This document shows positions 24,497-36,854 of a stretch of DNA of 64,000 bases, in pieces. Made by a program: the position numbers and the translations under genes. The DNA is from Curvularia clavata (Eukaryota), in assembly GCA_023920165.1 (NCBI GenBank), contig CP089277.1:186001-250000 (forward strand). The letters are read 5' to 3'. Each line of letters starts with the position of its first letter. Positions within the stretch are counted from its first letter, which is position 1. The notes below the pieces were generated by a model. The model worked only from the letters and a program-made list of their open reading frames with translations. It made no database searches and was not told the origin of the DNA.

Positions 24497-25836
24497 AGTT
24501 GGTTGTATTTGTCGCAGGGAGTCGTCAGATAGAGATATGTTAAGTCAGTAGGGGCAGACTGCGGCCTCGTTGTAGGCTGGATGCAAAGGAGCGACTAGGA
24601 GCGTGGGGAAGAATGTATCAAGGGTTAGACAGTGGGTAAAAGGAGCGACGAGGTTGGTAGTATAAGAGTGTCAAGGGCAGGGTTTTGTTTACAGCGGGCG
24701 CCTGCCTTGGTCAAAGTCATCCCACAAACAGATGGCCAGGCACGTGAGCCAATTGGACAGGAGTAAGGGCACCAGATCAGGCTAGCGGGAAATGAGGATG
24801 ATGAAGGTCAAGGACAGGCACAGGCAAGAGCCCGTTTGCAGACGCCATTCAACGCCTCACGGCAACACAAACCCGCCCTCTCGTGAGCCGACCAATTTCC
24901 CGTCTGTGGCGGTTTCCCTATCGCAGCCTGACTTGGGCGTATCACCAAACCCCAACCACGACCCGGATGCGTGTGCATCGCCCACGTCCCGCTGCCGCCC
25001 TCTATCCACCTCGTGGAACCACTGGTGCTAGCTGTGAGGTCCTGAGCAGTTAGCATAACCCGCCCCACATACAGATACAGTATCGATGACACACAAGATA
25101 TCAAGTGGCGTTCGACTTGGTTGGACACAGTGGGGTTTGAACAAGCTTTGCCTGGTGCAGAACACCCTTCCCCTTTCACCTCTCTTTCAATGTTACAGAG
25201 CTAAATCAAAGGAAATACGATGCAAAGTAACCAGCTCGTGACATCGGTGCTCTACATTCATGACAACAACTCGACCGTGACCAACGCCATTGCCCGTCAA
25301 TACCTCGACATGAATCATACTCTCAGCAATCGAGCAACGTAACACTTGCAGTCCGTGGCTTGCAATCTGACAGATGGTACTGCATCGGCATACCTCCTAT
25401 CTTCTGTCAGGAGACGAATCTTGTCTCAACTCTCCCTTGGCTCTGTCCACATGCCCCAAGCATTCTATGCATCTACCCGGTTTCAATTGCATGGCCTGTA
25501 TTGTATTCCCTCTGCTTCATCTACCCAGCACCGGCCCGCTTGCCGAGTTGTCTTGGCCTGGTCTAGTGTCAGAATCCCACTATGTTCGTGGAACCTGAAG
25601 ATAGGAGGTCAAAAACACTGACATACAGCCAGATGCACGCGCGAAGCATCACGACTCGTACAGAATCGCATACATTATGCCACCCCAGGACTACCACCAT
25701 CGACCAGGTCAGGTACCACTGCGCAAATAACGGGGGATACATTTACCGCATAGTGCAAACATACCTACGCACGGGCAGCTGCATCCAGGGCCCGCACACA
25801 CAATAGAGGCCACACAATCTGGCCGCTTCCAGGCCC

Positions 25837-27108
25837 TCAGCCCTCCTTGAGTCGCTTCGCAGGACGGCCCATGATGGAGTCGTCGGGGAGCCCACTTCTC
25901 TTAGTGCCCGGTAGGCTAGATGTGCGCATGTCGTTGTCTTCTTGGCTGACCCTCCGCACGGGATACTTGACCTTGGAATCTTCGAAACAGCTTTCTGCCG
26001 GCTTGCCGTGAACGCTAAAGTATGGATGTAACAGCGCCTTCTCGGCCGTCAGTCGCTTCTGGGGGTCGTACTCTAGAAGTTGCTTGAGGAGAGAGAGCCC
26101 CTCTGGCCCAGGGGTATCAGGCCCGGAGCCAATCGGGTACTGGTTGTTGTTGAGTGTCTGATGGTACCACCGTTCCAGCCCATCACCGCTCTGGGGGCGC
26201 GGGAAGCGTGCGGCGTTGCCCGACAGCAGAGATGAGAGTTGAGAATACTCAGGCATGGCTGTCAGAAGCGGCCACCGATCCTTGGTCGGCATGCCCATGA
26301 TCTCGACAATCTTCTGCATCTGGTTACGCTGGAAGGGGACCGTCTTCTTGCTGTCCATCTTGGCCTCCTCTCCCTTAAAGATGGGTCGCAGAGACAGCAG
26401 TTCTGCAAAAATGCATCCGACTGCCCACAGATCGACTGCAGGAGTGTAGTGACGACTACCAAGCAGCAGCTCGGGGGCGCGATACCAGATGGTCACGACG
26501 ACCTTGTCACCAGAGAACAAAGACTGCAGTGGCTTGTAGAACAAGCGGGCTAGGCCCAGGTCGCCAATCTTGATCTTGCCGGCACTGGTAACCATGATGT
26601 TAGCAGGCTTGAGGTCTCGGTGCATGACCCAGTTCCTGTGCAGGTAGACGAGGCCTTGCAGCAGCTGGTACAGAATCGACTTGATGGTCCGAGCCGGAAT
26701 GGCTTGGCGCTGGGGTTGGTTGTGATGGTGAATAATCTGCAGCAGATCGTGCTCGGCATATTCAAAGACAATGTAGATGCACTTGTCTTCGAGGATGATC
26801 TCTACTGTGTGGACCACGTTGGGATGGGCCAGCTCGGTGCAGAGGGCCATCTCGCGAATGGCCGACTGGGAAATGCCCGAGTATTGCAGCTCGCCCTCCT
26901 TGTCCGGCTTGAATCTGGGCGGACGTGTCAACTAGCGTGGGACATGGCAGCGCCCGGCCGTGCTCACTTACTTCTTGATGGCAAACTCGCCGGTGCGACC
27001 ATTGCGGCCCTCGGCCTTGTAGACACGCCCATAGGTGCCGCTGCTGATGAAGCCGACGATTTTGTAGCGCTCCGTCACCCGCTTCTTATTGGCGTAGCCG
27101 GTGAACAT
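25837..27108 (-). CDS. SSN3: Mediator kinase CDK8/Ssn3
   Basis: [24 protein letters not shown] (CDK8 helix), [31 protein letters not shown]; one intron. The start could extend further upstream. Confidence 0.95.
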
Positions 27109-27658
27109 GGCCTTTGCAAGGAGGCTGGGTGCTTGATCATGTGATGTGGATGGATACAGATGCTAAGTAATAAGTCGCAGGCAGTATAGTTTGCGGCCGT
27201 GGTGTTTGAGCAAGGAGGAATGTGGGCCCGATCCGATGGGGGTTATGGGGCGATGATGAGTTGGGAATGTGATGGGGAAGGTGCAAGGGATACGGCGCGC
27301 CGACGACGGGGAAGGCAGGCACACACCACCATGGATGGCACCTGCCTGTGCATTCCCCGCAGAGCCTCAGCCGCTCACCTCCACCACGACCCCCACGCAT
27401 CATGAATGAAGGGAATACCGTAGAGAGCAGCCAGTCATTATTTTCTTACGAGCCGCGTATGGCTCGGGACAGCGCGCCCAAAAAAGAGACGAGCATCGTC
27501 TTCTGCGGCGTCTCGTCATCATGACCGCGTAACCATGTGACCGTGTGTAAGACGTGCAGCGGCTGCTGGGCTAACACAACACGTCCCCCGCGTCTCATGC
27601 ACAGCTCCAACCCTCACCACCATCCGACCCAAAGGCCCTCTCGCCAGCACAGTCGGCC

Positions 27659-29234
27659 ATGGATCCCCGTTCGTGGTTCAGCAGCCTGACTGGCTACTTT
27701 GTCTACATCCTCTCTGTCGCGACCCTCGGCCCCCTGCTCTTCGGCTTCCATCTGGTCCGCCCCCCATATACCATCCTATCATGCACTGTAGCTAACACAT
27801 CCCCAGTCTGAGCTCAACGCGCCCGAAGATGTCATCCGTTGCAAGAAAAAGTCCATCACGGCTGCTGTTGCAGGCCCAAGCCTCCCGCAGTGCATCGAGA
27901 TGACCCCAACCGAATGGGGCGTCGTCGGATCCCTCTATACCCTCGGAGGTCTCATAGGTGCCCTTTCGGCCGGTCCTCTCGCCGCCAGGTTCGGTCGCCT
28001 CAGGGCCATGCAGATATCCACCATCTTCTTCGCCGTCGGCCCCGTCTTCGAGGCCCTGAGTCCCAACATCGCCGTCATGGCCTTTGGAAGGCTGCTCTCA
28101 GGTGTCGGCGCAGGCGCATCCGTCGTCATTGTGCCCCTCTACATCTCCGAGATTGCTCCTCCGGCCGAGAAGGGCTTCTTTGGCGCCTTCACGCAGATTG
28201 GGTGTAATGTCGGCATTCTCATCACGCAGCTGCTAGGATATTTCCTGAGTCACGACTCGTATTGGAGGCTCATTCTGGCCATTGGAGGCGTCATTGGCGC
28301 TGTTCAAGGCGTCGGGCTGCTATTGTCTGTCGAGAGCCCCAAGTACATCGCCGAGCAGGGCAACGTGTCACTTGCAAAGAAGACGCTGCGCAGAATCCGA
28401 GGCGAACATGCAGACATTGATGGCGAGATGAGCGACTGGGGCACGTCAGGCTCAACACATGTCAATGGTATGTCACTCTACGTGAAGAACGGCTAAGTTT
28501 GGTAAACTAACATGTTTGCAGAGGAGGAGCAGACACTCTTAACCCAGCCTGGTACCCCTGCCGATGCCACCACTAGGCAACCGGGCAAAGAACCGACTTT
28601 GAGCATCATGCAGGTCTTCCGCCATGCTGACTACCAAAAGGCTGCCATTGCCGTCGTCATGGTCATGCTGGCCCAGCAGTTCAGTGGTATTAACAGCATC
28701 GTCATGTATGGAGTATCGCTGCTAGCCGGTCTGCTCGAGTCCAACTCGGCTTTGCTGAACCTTGCCGTCTCAGCGTTGAACATTATTGTCACAGCTAGCT
28801 GCGCACCGCTCGCCGACAAGTTGGGCCGCAAGGTCTGTCTGCTTAGCTCTCTTGCGATCATGGGCACGAGCTCGCTTCTGCTCGCTATTGGCATCATCAA
28901 GTCTATTCCCGTGCTCTCGGCCGTCGCAGTCTTGCTCTTCGTATCAGGCTTCGCAGTTGGTCTCGGCCCTGTACCCTTCATACTGGCTAGTGAGCTTGTT
29001 GGACCGGACGCTGTCGATGCAACACAAAGTATTGCCCTTGGAGCCAACTGGATCGCCACTTTCATTGTCGCCCAGTTCTTCCCTCTTGCAAGCGCAAAGC
29101 TGCACGGCAAGGTTTACTTCATCTTTGCCGCGCTGTCGGCCTTCTTCTTTGCCTTTGTGTCCTGGTACGTCCCGGAAACCAAGGGCAAGAAGAATGCCGA
29201 CGAGGTCTGGGGCAGAGAGCGCAGAGTGGATTAA
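27659..29234 (+). CDS. MFS sugar-porter family transporter (Vps73/YBR241C-like)
   Basis: LGPLLFGFHL|SELN, FGRL, PLYISEIAP, ESPKY, QQFSGIN, DKLGRK, VPETKG; two introns. Confidence 0.9.
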
Positions 29235-29795
29235 TTGCGGCGTCACGGCATGGTACATGAAATGGTTGTAGCAGTGGGCATTTTTTTTCTTCGGCGCAAT
29301 GGTCAAGGTGACGGGCTGGATGGATAGATGAATACAATGACTGTTGTGTACAAGTCGAGAAGCCGAGGCGACGTCCGATTGGGCTGGTGTGATGTGGGCA
29401 GCGTCATTGCAGGAACCACAATGCTCCGAAAACCCACTTTCCCTTCCCCATGTCCGTCAGGCTCGGAACGTTGCAAAGTCGGACGTGGGACCGCAATTCA
29501 GACGTCAGTGTTGGGTGGGGCGTGCATCACGGAAGAGCAGGGCGGGATTCCTAATTGCTGACGGAGCCATGTGCCACTTGAATTTGCGTAGCCGCGGTTA
29601 GAATGTCGGAGGCGCGGTTCCAAAATAACGACTCCCGAACTCGAGCGGCTTCGGATATGTCATTCAGTCACTCCACCCCACTCCAACTCTGCCTCTAAAC
29701 CTCTTCCCAAATCCCCTTGGCCATGAATACACGCTCCTCGTGATACCCATCCTGTTGTCTTACTCTTGATCTTTTATTGGTAAAATCGCTCCGCC

Positions 29796-31033
29796 ATGAC
29801 TGCGCTTCCGCCACATTTCTCTCCGCAGATTGCGAGCGCCGAACACGATGACTTCGACTTCCAGACGTCGGCGCCCCACGACCAGACACTCGACCATGTC
29901 GCACATGAGGACCGACATGGTCCACCTCCTCCTTCGATAATCTCTCCAGCCTTCACACCTCCGGCAACCCCAGGAGTATCGACCCCTTCGCATCCCCGAC
30001 CACCCCGCTCTATACCAGTCGATACTTCGCTCCGCACCGATACCCCCGGCCCGGACCTATTGTCGCAGCTTCCCCACGTAGAATGCGAGGTGCGCGCGCG
30101 CATACCCACGACTACCGGGCACGAGATGTGGCTGCATGTGTATAGAAACAATGTGGATACCAAGGAGCATCTGGCCATCGTCTTTGGCAGCCAAATACGC
30201 TCTCGCTCTCTGGACGCGGAACGGCCGGGAGAGACGGAACTGGATCGCATGACAAGAGGCGCATACGTGGGGCGTTTGTACCCAGGGAGAACCAGCTCGC
30301 GGGTCGAGCAGCTGAAACGGGCAGAAGGTGTTCCAGTCAAGCCGATGCCGGAAAGCAAGTCGGCGCATGCTGACAAGAGCAATGGGCACTTATCTCCGGC
30401 GTCCGCAGCATCGTCAGAAAATGGCGACGCTCAGCCAGCGTCCTCTTCCCAATTGCCGCTTGTGCGCATACATTCCGAATGTTACACAGGTGAGACTGTG
30501 TGGTCTGCGCGCTGCGATTGCGGTGAGCAACTTGACGAAGCCGCGCGTCTCATGGCCGATCCTGCTCTGTCTCCTTCTGGCGGCGCCATCATCTATCTCC
30601 GGCAGGAAGGTCGTGGTATTGGTCTCGGCGAGAAGCTCAAAGCATACAATCTACAGGATCTCGGCAACGACACATACGAAGCCAACATCCTATTACGGCA
30701 TCCCGCAGATGCTCGCAGTTACGGTCTGGCCACAGCCATGCTAATGGATCTGGGCTTGGGCGGAGACAGGGGAATAAGGCTTCTGACCAACAATCCCGAC
30801 AAAGTACGGGCTGTCGAGGGACCGAATAGAGAAGTTGTGGTCAGAGAGCGTGTTGCTATGATTCCGCTGGCGTGGAAGACGGGCGGCATGAAGGGTATTA
30901 AGAGCGAGGAGGTGGAGAAGTATCTCAGTACAAAGGTGAGTCCGACTCTGTTGCGAATACGTACGCATCAAGTGGCCAGTACTAACATTACAACCAGATT
31001 GAGAAATTCAAGCATATGTTAGATCATAAATGA
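29796..31033 (+). CDS. RIB1: GTP cyclohydrolase II (riboflavin biosynthesis)
   Basis: [46 protein letters not shown]; last exon 30998-31033. Confidence 0.95.
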
Positions 31034-32185
31034 TAGAATATATTCATCTTACGACTAGACGCTCGATCCCCGCATCGTCTTTTTTATGTGAAGTTTTGGG
31101 TTGCAATGTTTACGCTGAAATGCATTGGAAGATATATTCAACATACTCGTATGGCAGGATCATTGCAACTTACACCACACTGTTAGCCGTACTAGGAAGG
31201 CTTTTCAACATTATCACCATGTGGCCAAATAAATGGGACTTGGAAACATACTGTACTTGACGTGGATATTTCTACTTATCCTTGGTATCTTCTCGGATTC
31301 TTGACCTCTCTGATTCCACTTGAAGACGTCAAGAACAGTTTCTTGTATATTTTGTCCAGAAATAACCATCTTTTATTCAAGTTCTGCCTCTTCAAGGAGC
31401 TAGTTTACGGTGATCTTGGTCATTTTAGTGGGATTCGGTCTCCTGAGTTCTGTCGATCTTGACTACAGGGTAACCGCAGATTCTAGGAAGCTGCATGTGG
31501 TGTGTTTATACACTTGTATGTGTAGAGCCCAGAGCGACTTAGTGTCTATTTTAAGGGAGTGGAAAGCGCAGATGCAACGACACAAGACCTCATTCTTCTC
31601 ATCCCACCCACGATTGGAAACATCACACAGCGACTCTATTTTCCCGAGGATAGTTATTGTTCTGCAGCTGCCTTGCGCGCTCAAGGCGTGTGTTTTCAAG
31701 GCAAAATGCTTCGACCAAGGCATACTTATATTTGGCCGCAGCCGAGTGCAGCCCCACGCTCAGCCCCGCGATGATTACGGGCGCGGCTTGCACTCCGCCA
31801 CTGCAAGCAACTTGGCCTTGCTAGCAGACTAAAACAGGTTGAAAGCTTGAGAGCAAGTATTTGTGGCTCAGCTATCGCGTTTTGTGGACACCGTCCTGTA
31901 GCTTCTTCCATTGCCCTGTTGGAGTTGTGCCCTTGTACCCAACTGCTTCTCCACCATCACTATTCAGCTCAAGTCTCACGAGTTTCAGCCTCGTTACCTT
32001 TTCACCACCTCTACGACGCCTTTCCACAGCCCCCAAGGAGGATCGCAAGAGCAACATAACTAAAGTGGCTGCCTTTCCGACCACGAGGAAAGAAAATTTC
32101 CATAACAAGCCTCACATTTCTCCCTGCCGACGTTTGGAACCCCGAAGCATAATCTGGGATTCTGAATCTCGCGAGGCGAGCTGCT

Positions 32186-33046
32186 ATGGACGAGCCATCT
32201 CCCGACAACTCAGAGATTAGCGGCTTCTATGGACCAGGCGCATGGGCTGCCTGGGTTATACTGCTGGTTTCATCCTGGATACCAATCTTCTTGAACGACT
32301 ATGAGAGCAACACACACTTCATTGCCTCTGCGCTATACACGAATTGGGCGGCAATCGATCTTCTTCGCCACTTGCGCCCGCTTGGACCCGGTGAGTACCT
32401 TGAGCGGGGCGATCCTCTGGAGCCAGTCATTGACGCTCCTGGTGCTGTCCTCTTCATTGGTACTACACACAGTTTACTGCAAGGCACTGTCTGCTTTTTC
32501 AAACTCAGCAGTGTAGATGCCGGAGACAGACGGAAACTTCGAAAACGTCTCGTCATTATTCATATTGGATTGCTGCTCCCATTATCAGCATCCTTCTATG
32601 GTTACTTTACAGCCTTTCATGTGGTTGCTTACGGCTTCATGGTTTTGTGTGTTTTTGAATCCATCGTACTGCTCCTTTATGCAGCCGTACAACCTAGGCT
32701 TCCTTTCTTCGTGCGTAGGTTTCCTCCTCAGAAGTACCGAACTGCGATTCCACTGGCGTGTCTGGTTGTTCTTTCAGTTGCTTTCATGTTTCGGGTCGTG
32801 AACTTACTGCTTTTTGGAACACTGATCTATCATAACGGACCGTCGATGCAATCTTTGCTAATAGATCGTTGTCATTACATTCCTTGCGCGCCGCAGAAGA
32901 TAAACGAATGGGATCAGAATTTCTCGTTGCTAGTTGCATTGGCTCTCCTTTTCTATGAATTCAAAACTGGCATTCTCATTCTTTTAGGAAAATTTTGGGA
33001 GGCTCTGCGTAATTGGTGTACAAGCAAGTTTCAGAGTTCTTTTTGA
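32186..33046 (+). CDS. Hypothetical multi-pass membrane protein
   Basis: 286-aa intronless ORF with several hydrophobic segments and an N-terminal NSEISGFYGPGAWAAW motif. Confidence 0.7.
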   Translation: MDEPSPDNSEISGFYGPGAWAAWVILLVSSWIPIFLNDYESNTHFIASALYTNWAAIDLLRHLRPLGPGEYLERGDPLEPVIDAPGAVLFIGTTHSLLQGTVCFFKLSSVDAGDRRKLRKRLVIIHIGLLLPLSASFYGYFTAFHVVAYGFMVLCVFESIVLLLYAAVQPRLPFFVRRFPPQKYRTAIPLACLVVLSVAFMFRVVNLLLFGTLIYHNGPSMQSLLIDRCHYIPCAPQKINEWDQNFSLLVALALLFYEFKTGILILLGKFWEALRNWCTSKFQSSF

Positions 33047-33521
33047 ATATCTGCATCTTGACTTGAATGGGATGACTATTAAGTCCAGTTGTAAGGCAAG
33101 AACAGTGTTGCATCTGTAGAATTTCTTTATGACATGAGAGCTCAATTCCTCTGTAGAAGTCTGTTTTAATCAAGAGCAAAAATATTCCAACTCATATGTA
33201 TGACCGGGTCCATTCGTGCAAACTGGGATCGAATATTACGGCAAATCTTCGCAAAGCGCAAAGACGGAACGCTTCACTGGTTGCGACACAATAACCACTG
33301 TCTGAGCATAGGCTCAAGGGCCCAAGAATGGAATTAGAAATATCGCCTTGAGCACAACTCTCACAACGTCACTACACAAATAGAATTGGTACTCTAGTCT
33401 CAGGTACTGCGTTTGACCTTGACATTACTCTAGACCAAGTCAAAATCAGAAATTACTAGCAATTTCCATTAAAACAACAGCACTGCAACACTTCACCAAA
33501 AAAAAAACACATGTAAAACCC

Positions 33522-34273
33522 TCACGTACACTCCTTCTCCACCTGCCCCAATACCTTCTCATACTCCTCCACACTCTTCGCCCCAATCAGCGTAAAATCC
33601 CTCTTCCTCCCCTCAAACACAACATACGGCACACTATCGACCCCATTCCCCGCCTGCTCCCTAATCGCATCTTTTACGTCCCTGAGCCCCTCCTGCTCAT
33701 CCGCCACCAACTTACTTGCCTCTTCCTCACTCAATCCCCCCTCTACACACGCCTTCTCCAGCACCTCTTGACTAGCCGGGTGCGCTCTATGTTGGAAATA
33801 CTGCTCATAGAGATACCTCAGCGCCGCAAGCGCCGCATCAGGCCCCTTGTTTGCTTGCAGCCAGTACAGCACGCGGTGCGCATGCAGGGTATTTGCTACC
33901 ATGCCGCCTGCGAAATCGAACTTGATGCTTTCTTGATTGCCCAAGTCGCCCATGTACCGCATGTACATGTCCATGCGCTCGTCGCTGCCGTTGTATTTTT
34001 TCTCTTTGTACCATTGGTATTTGTCTGTGCCTTCAGAAGGGAAGTCCGGGTACAGTTGGTAAGGGGCGAGCTTGAGGGTGAATGTGGCGGGGGAGTTTGG
34101 GTTAGCGGAGCGGTAGGCAGAGAGGGCGCGGGTGAGACGGGTGAAGCCGAGGTATGTCCTGTGTTTTTTTATTTGTGGGTTAGGGGAGGGATTGGGAAAG
34201 ACGAAGGGTGGGAAAGAATGTACCAGGGGCATATTGTGTCGAGGGTAAATGTTATCGTGGATTCGTATGGCAT
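33522..34273 (-). CDS. DsbA-like (FrnE-type) thioredoxin-fold protein
   Basis: MPYESTITFTLDTICPW|TYLG across one intron; PYQLYP, NTLHAHR, GVDSVP, GAKS. Confidence 0.88.
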
Positions 34274-34763
34274 GTTTGAGGTGATGTTTCTAGAAACAAA
34301 ATGACAAGTTGTGTTTGGACAAAAAACAAGAGACCAAAATGAATTGTAGCTCCTAGTATGCAGGGCAGGATGAATACGCAATGATTCGGGATTACCGTAC
34401 CCTGGACATGTATTCCCGGGCTTACGGATACGTACTGCGGGTCGTGAGGATCCCAGACATGCGGGGTTCCGCGCAGTTACCCCCGCTTCTCTTAAGAACG
34501 ACCTGGACTGTGGCGCAGCGACCGGGGATATGTATAGCAAGCAATTGTTGGACACGGTATATGGATGTGGCTGGGAATCTTTTCCAAAGTACAACTCATC
34601 TCTACTTTGGACAAAAAAATGTTATTGAGAAATGCACTGTACAAAAGACCGCTCAAATCTAACACAGGTATTGAATGAGAAACCTAAACCATAATGAAGC
34701 CATTATGCTTCAACAGGTGTGACCTCGCAATCGCATAGCAGGAGGAGGTGGACTGAGCCCCGA

Positions 34764-36349
34764 CTAATGGTTCAGCTTGACGTAATTTCCTATGACAAAG
34801 TCAGATTCAACTGCTCATCATATTTTGTAACATAGTATGCACTCACCTGGAAATTGTCCTTGCTTCCCCCGCACCTTGCCAATCCACCATTCGTTTTCAT
34901 TTTGTGTACGGGACACAATCTCGATGACGTCACCAGTCAAGAAACTCAGGTCGCCTTCTGCTTGGGCTTCGTAGTCGTACAAGGCTGTGACGGTCTCAGC
35001 TGCGGGGGCTCCGCTGAGACGCGAAGGCTTCGGTTTTGGAGGTGGAGGTGCGGCACCCTTGGCCTTGGCCGCAGAGCCCCACGACCCTGTTGATAATGTC
35101 GGTGACTTGACATCGCCGACGGCCGCTGAAGGCCCAGGTGAGTATGGTGGCGGCGGTGCTTCCGTCTCTTCGGATATCGAACTTCGACCGGCTTTGGCTT
35201 CGGCTGCTTTCAATGCATATTTGGACTGGCCAGGCCTTGCCCCCATCACACGAGCACCGCCAGTAGTCTTGAACTTGACAATGGATATCTTTTCTGCTTC
35301 CTCTTGAATATCGCCACGCTTCTTCAGGTAGGCTGCCTCGATGTCCAGAGTGAGGTCAAAGTATCCGATATCCAGCCGTTGCATGCGCTCGTGTAATGTG
35401 TAGAACACATTCAACTGCATGTAGTAAAAGGATTGGAACAGAGGCTTGATGAATTCTCTTTCTAGTGCGAAGAGCTTAGGCAGCTCATCCTTGAGCAGGT
35501 CGTTGAAGTAGTTGTAGTCCTGTGTAGCCTGCTCGACATCGGCTTCGGCGCGGTACATGGCCTTTTCATCTTTTAGTGTCTTGTCCTTCTTCTCTTCGAG
35601 CTTCTTGTATGTGGCGCGGTGCCTGTCGTAATCGAGTTGCTTGTGATCGCGCTTAGCGGCAATCTTGCGGACGGCTTTGATGATGATCAGGAGCTCATCT
35701 GCCGGACGAATGACGCGGGTCTCAATCATTTCAAGCTCGGGCTTGAGGGTTTCTTGCAACTCCTGGACCACAGACTGATACTGTTCGCAAGCTTCTATAC
35801 CGGCTGCGTTGCCTTCGTCATGAAACGAGTCGGGATCGGACATTCGACCGGAAATGGGTTTGTAGATTTCGGCGATTGCCTTGGAGAACTCGATCTGATG
35901 TGTGAGCATGCCTGAAAAGGGTGGTTAGGCGACTGGTGGGCGGGATCATGTAGAGTAAACGCACCATTAATGGCATCGAAGTACCTGTGACATGTGAGCA
36001 AAGCGGTGTCAGAGGAGGCATTGGTACGGGCGCATACTTCTTGGACTCTTCATGGAGCTTCTTTGTCTCCTTCTCCAGCTCCTGAAAGCGTCGTTCGGCA
36101 TCGATGTAGATTGGGTCCTTGGTGATCTCACCCTGGAAAGGCCTCCTGTTAGTGGTGCCCCGCTATGGTGAAGAGGAGGGGTAGAGGGAATTAGAGCATG
36201 CCCAGCGGCCCGAGAGGACGTACAAGGTTGAACTTCTGCTTGAAGGTTTGTGGCGCCTGTGCGATTGGGTTAGCAAGAGATAATGCCCAAGAAGCGCAAG
36301 GAGGCTATCGTACCCGAGTGACGCTCTTGGTAAGACCCTTCCAACTCAT
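34764..36349 (-). CDS. RVS167: BAR-SH3 amphiphysin
   Basis: [16 protein letters not shown] helix, [14 protein letters not shown]3 [26 protein letters not shown]; multiple introns. Confidence 0.93.
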
Positions 36350-36854
36350 GATGGAGGTATTATGCTCAGAGGGCGCAAGACGGATGTGCAGGAAAGGTGA
36401 AGTCTAGACACACGATATGGAGATGGAATGTACGTTGGAGTGAGCCGGCAGGTAGGACCAAGGATCGCGGGCGCCTGCGTGGCTGCTAAAGTCCCAATGA
36501 CGTTTTGTGGCTATGCAGCGAGCGCGCAGCCTTGCTCTGCTCGGAACGCCCGGAACGCCGAGGAATATCCAGCCCAGGTGACCTTGCGTTTGCTTGTCGG
36601 GTATCCACTTTTGGGCTGGCAATTGATGGATGTGTGTCAAGGCAGCGAACGCATCGAAGCCCCTGAAGTCCCAATTTTCTTTTCCCCGTCCACGCAAAGG
36701 CCGAACGGCTGCAGGTCGTGGACGAGTTCTGGTGCGAGTCGGGATGCGCACGGATCTGTTAGCGCCTCGGTCCGCCTCGGCTGCTTAGTCATGAGAAAAT
36801 GCCCAAGCTAAGAGGCGACCTGCCTTTCCATCTCTTCTCCATTGCACCTCCATT

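Noticed and set aside
27485..27522. GAGACG...CGTCTC hairpin next to a minus-strand ATGATGA
   Set aside because: No D box or rRNA/snRNA-complementary guide found; lies in the SSN3/MFS divergent promoter.
31150..31460. Possible minus-strand gene relic with TAG/TAA interruptions
   Set aside because: Reads protein-like but no family is recognisable; needs a translated search.
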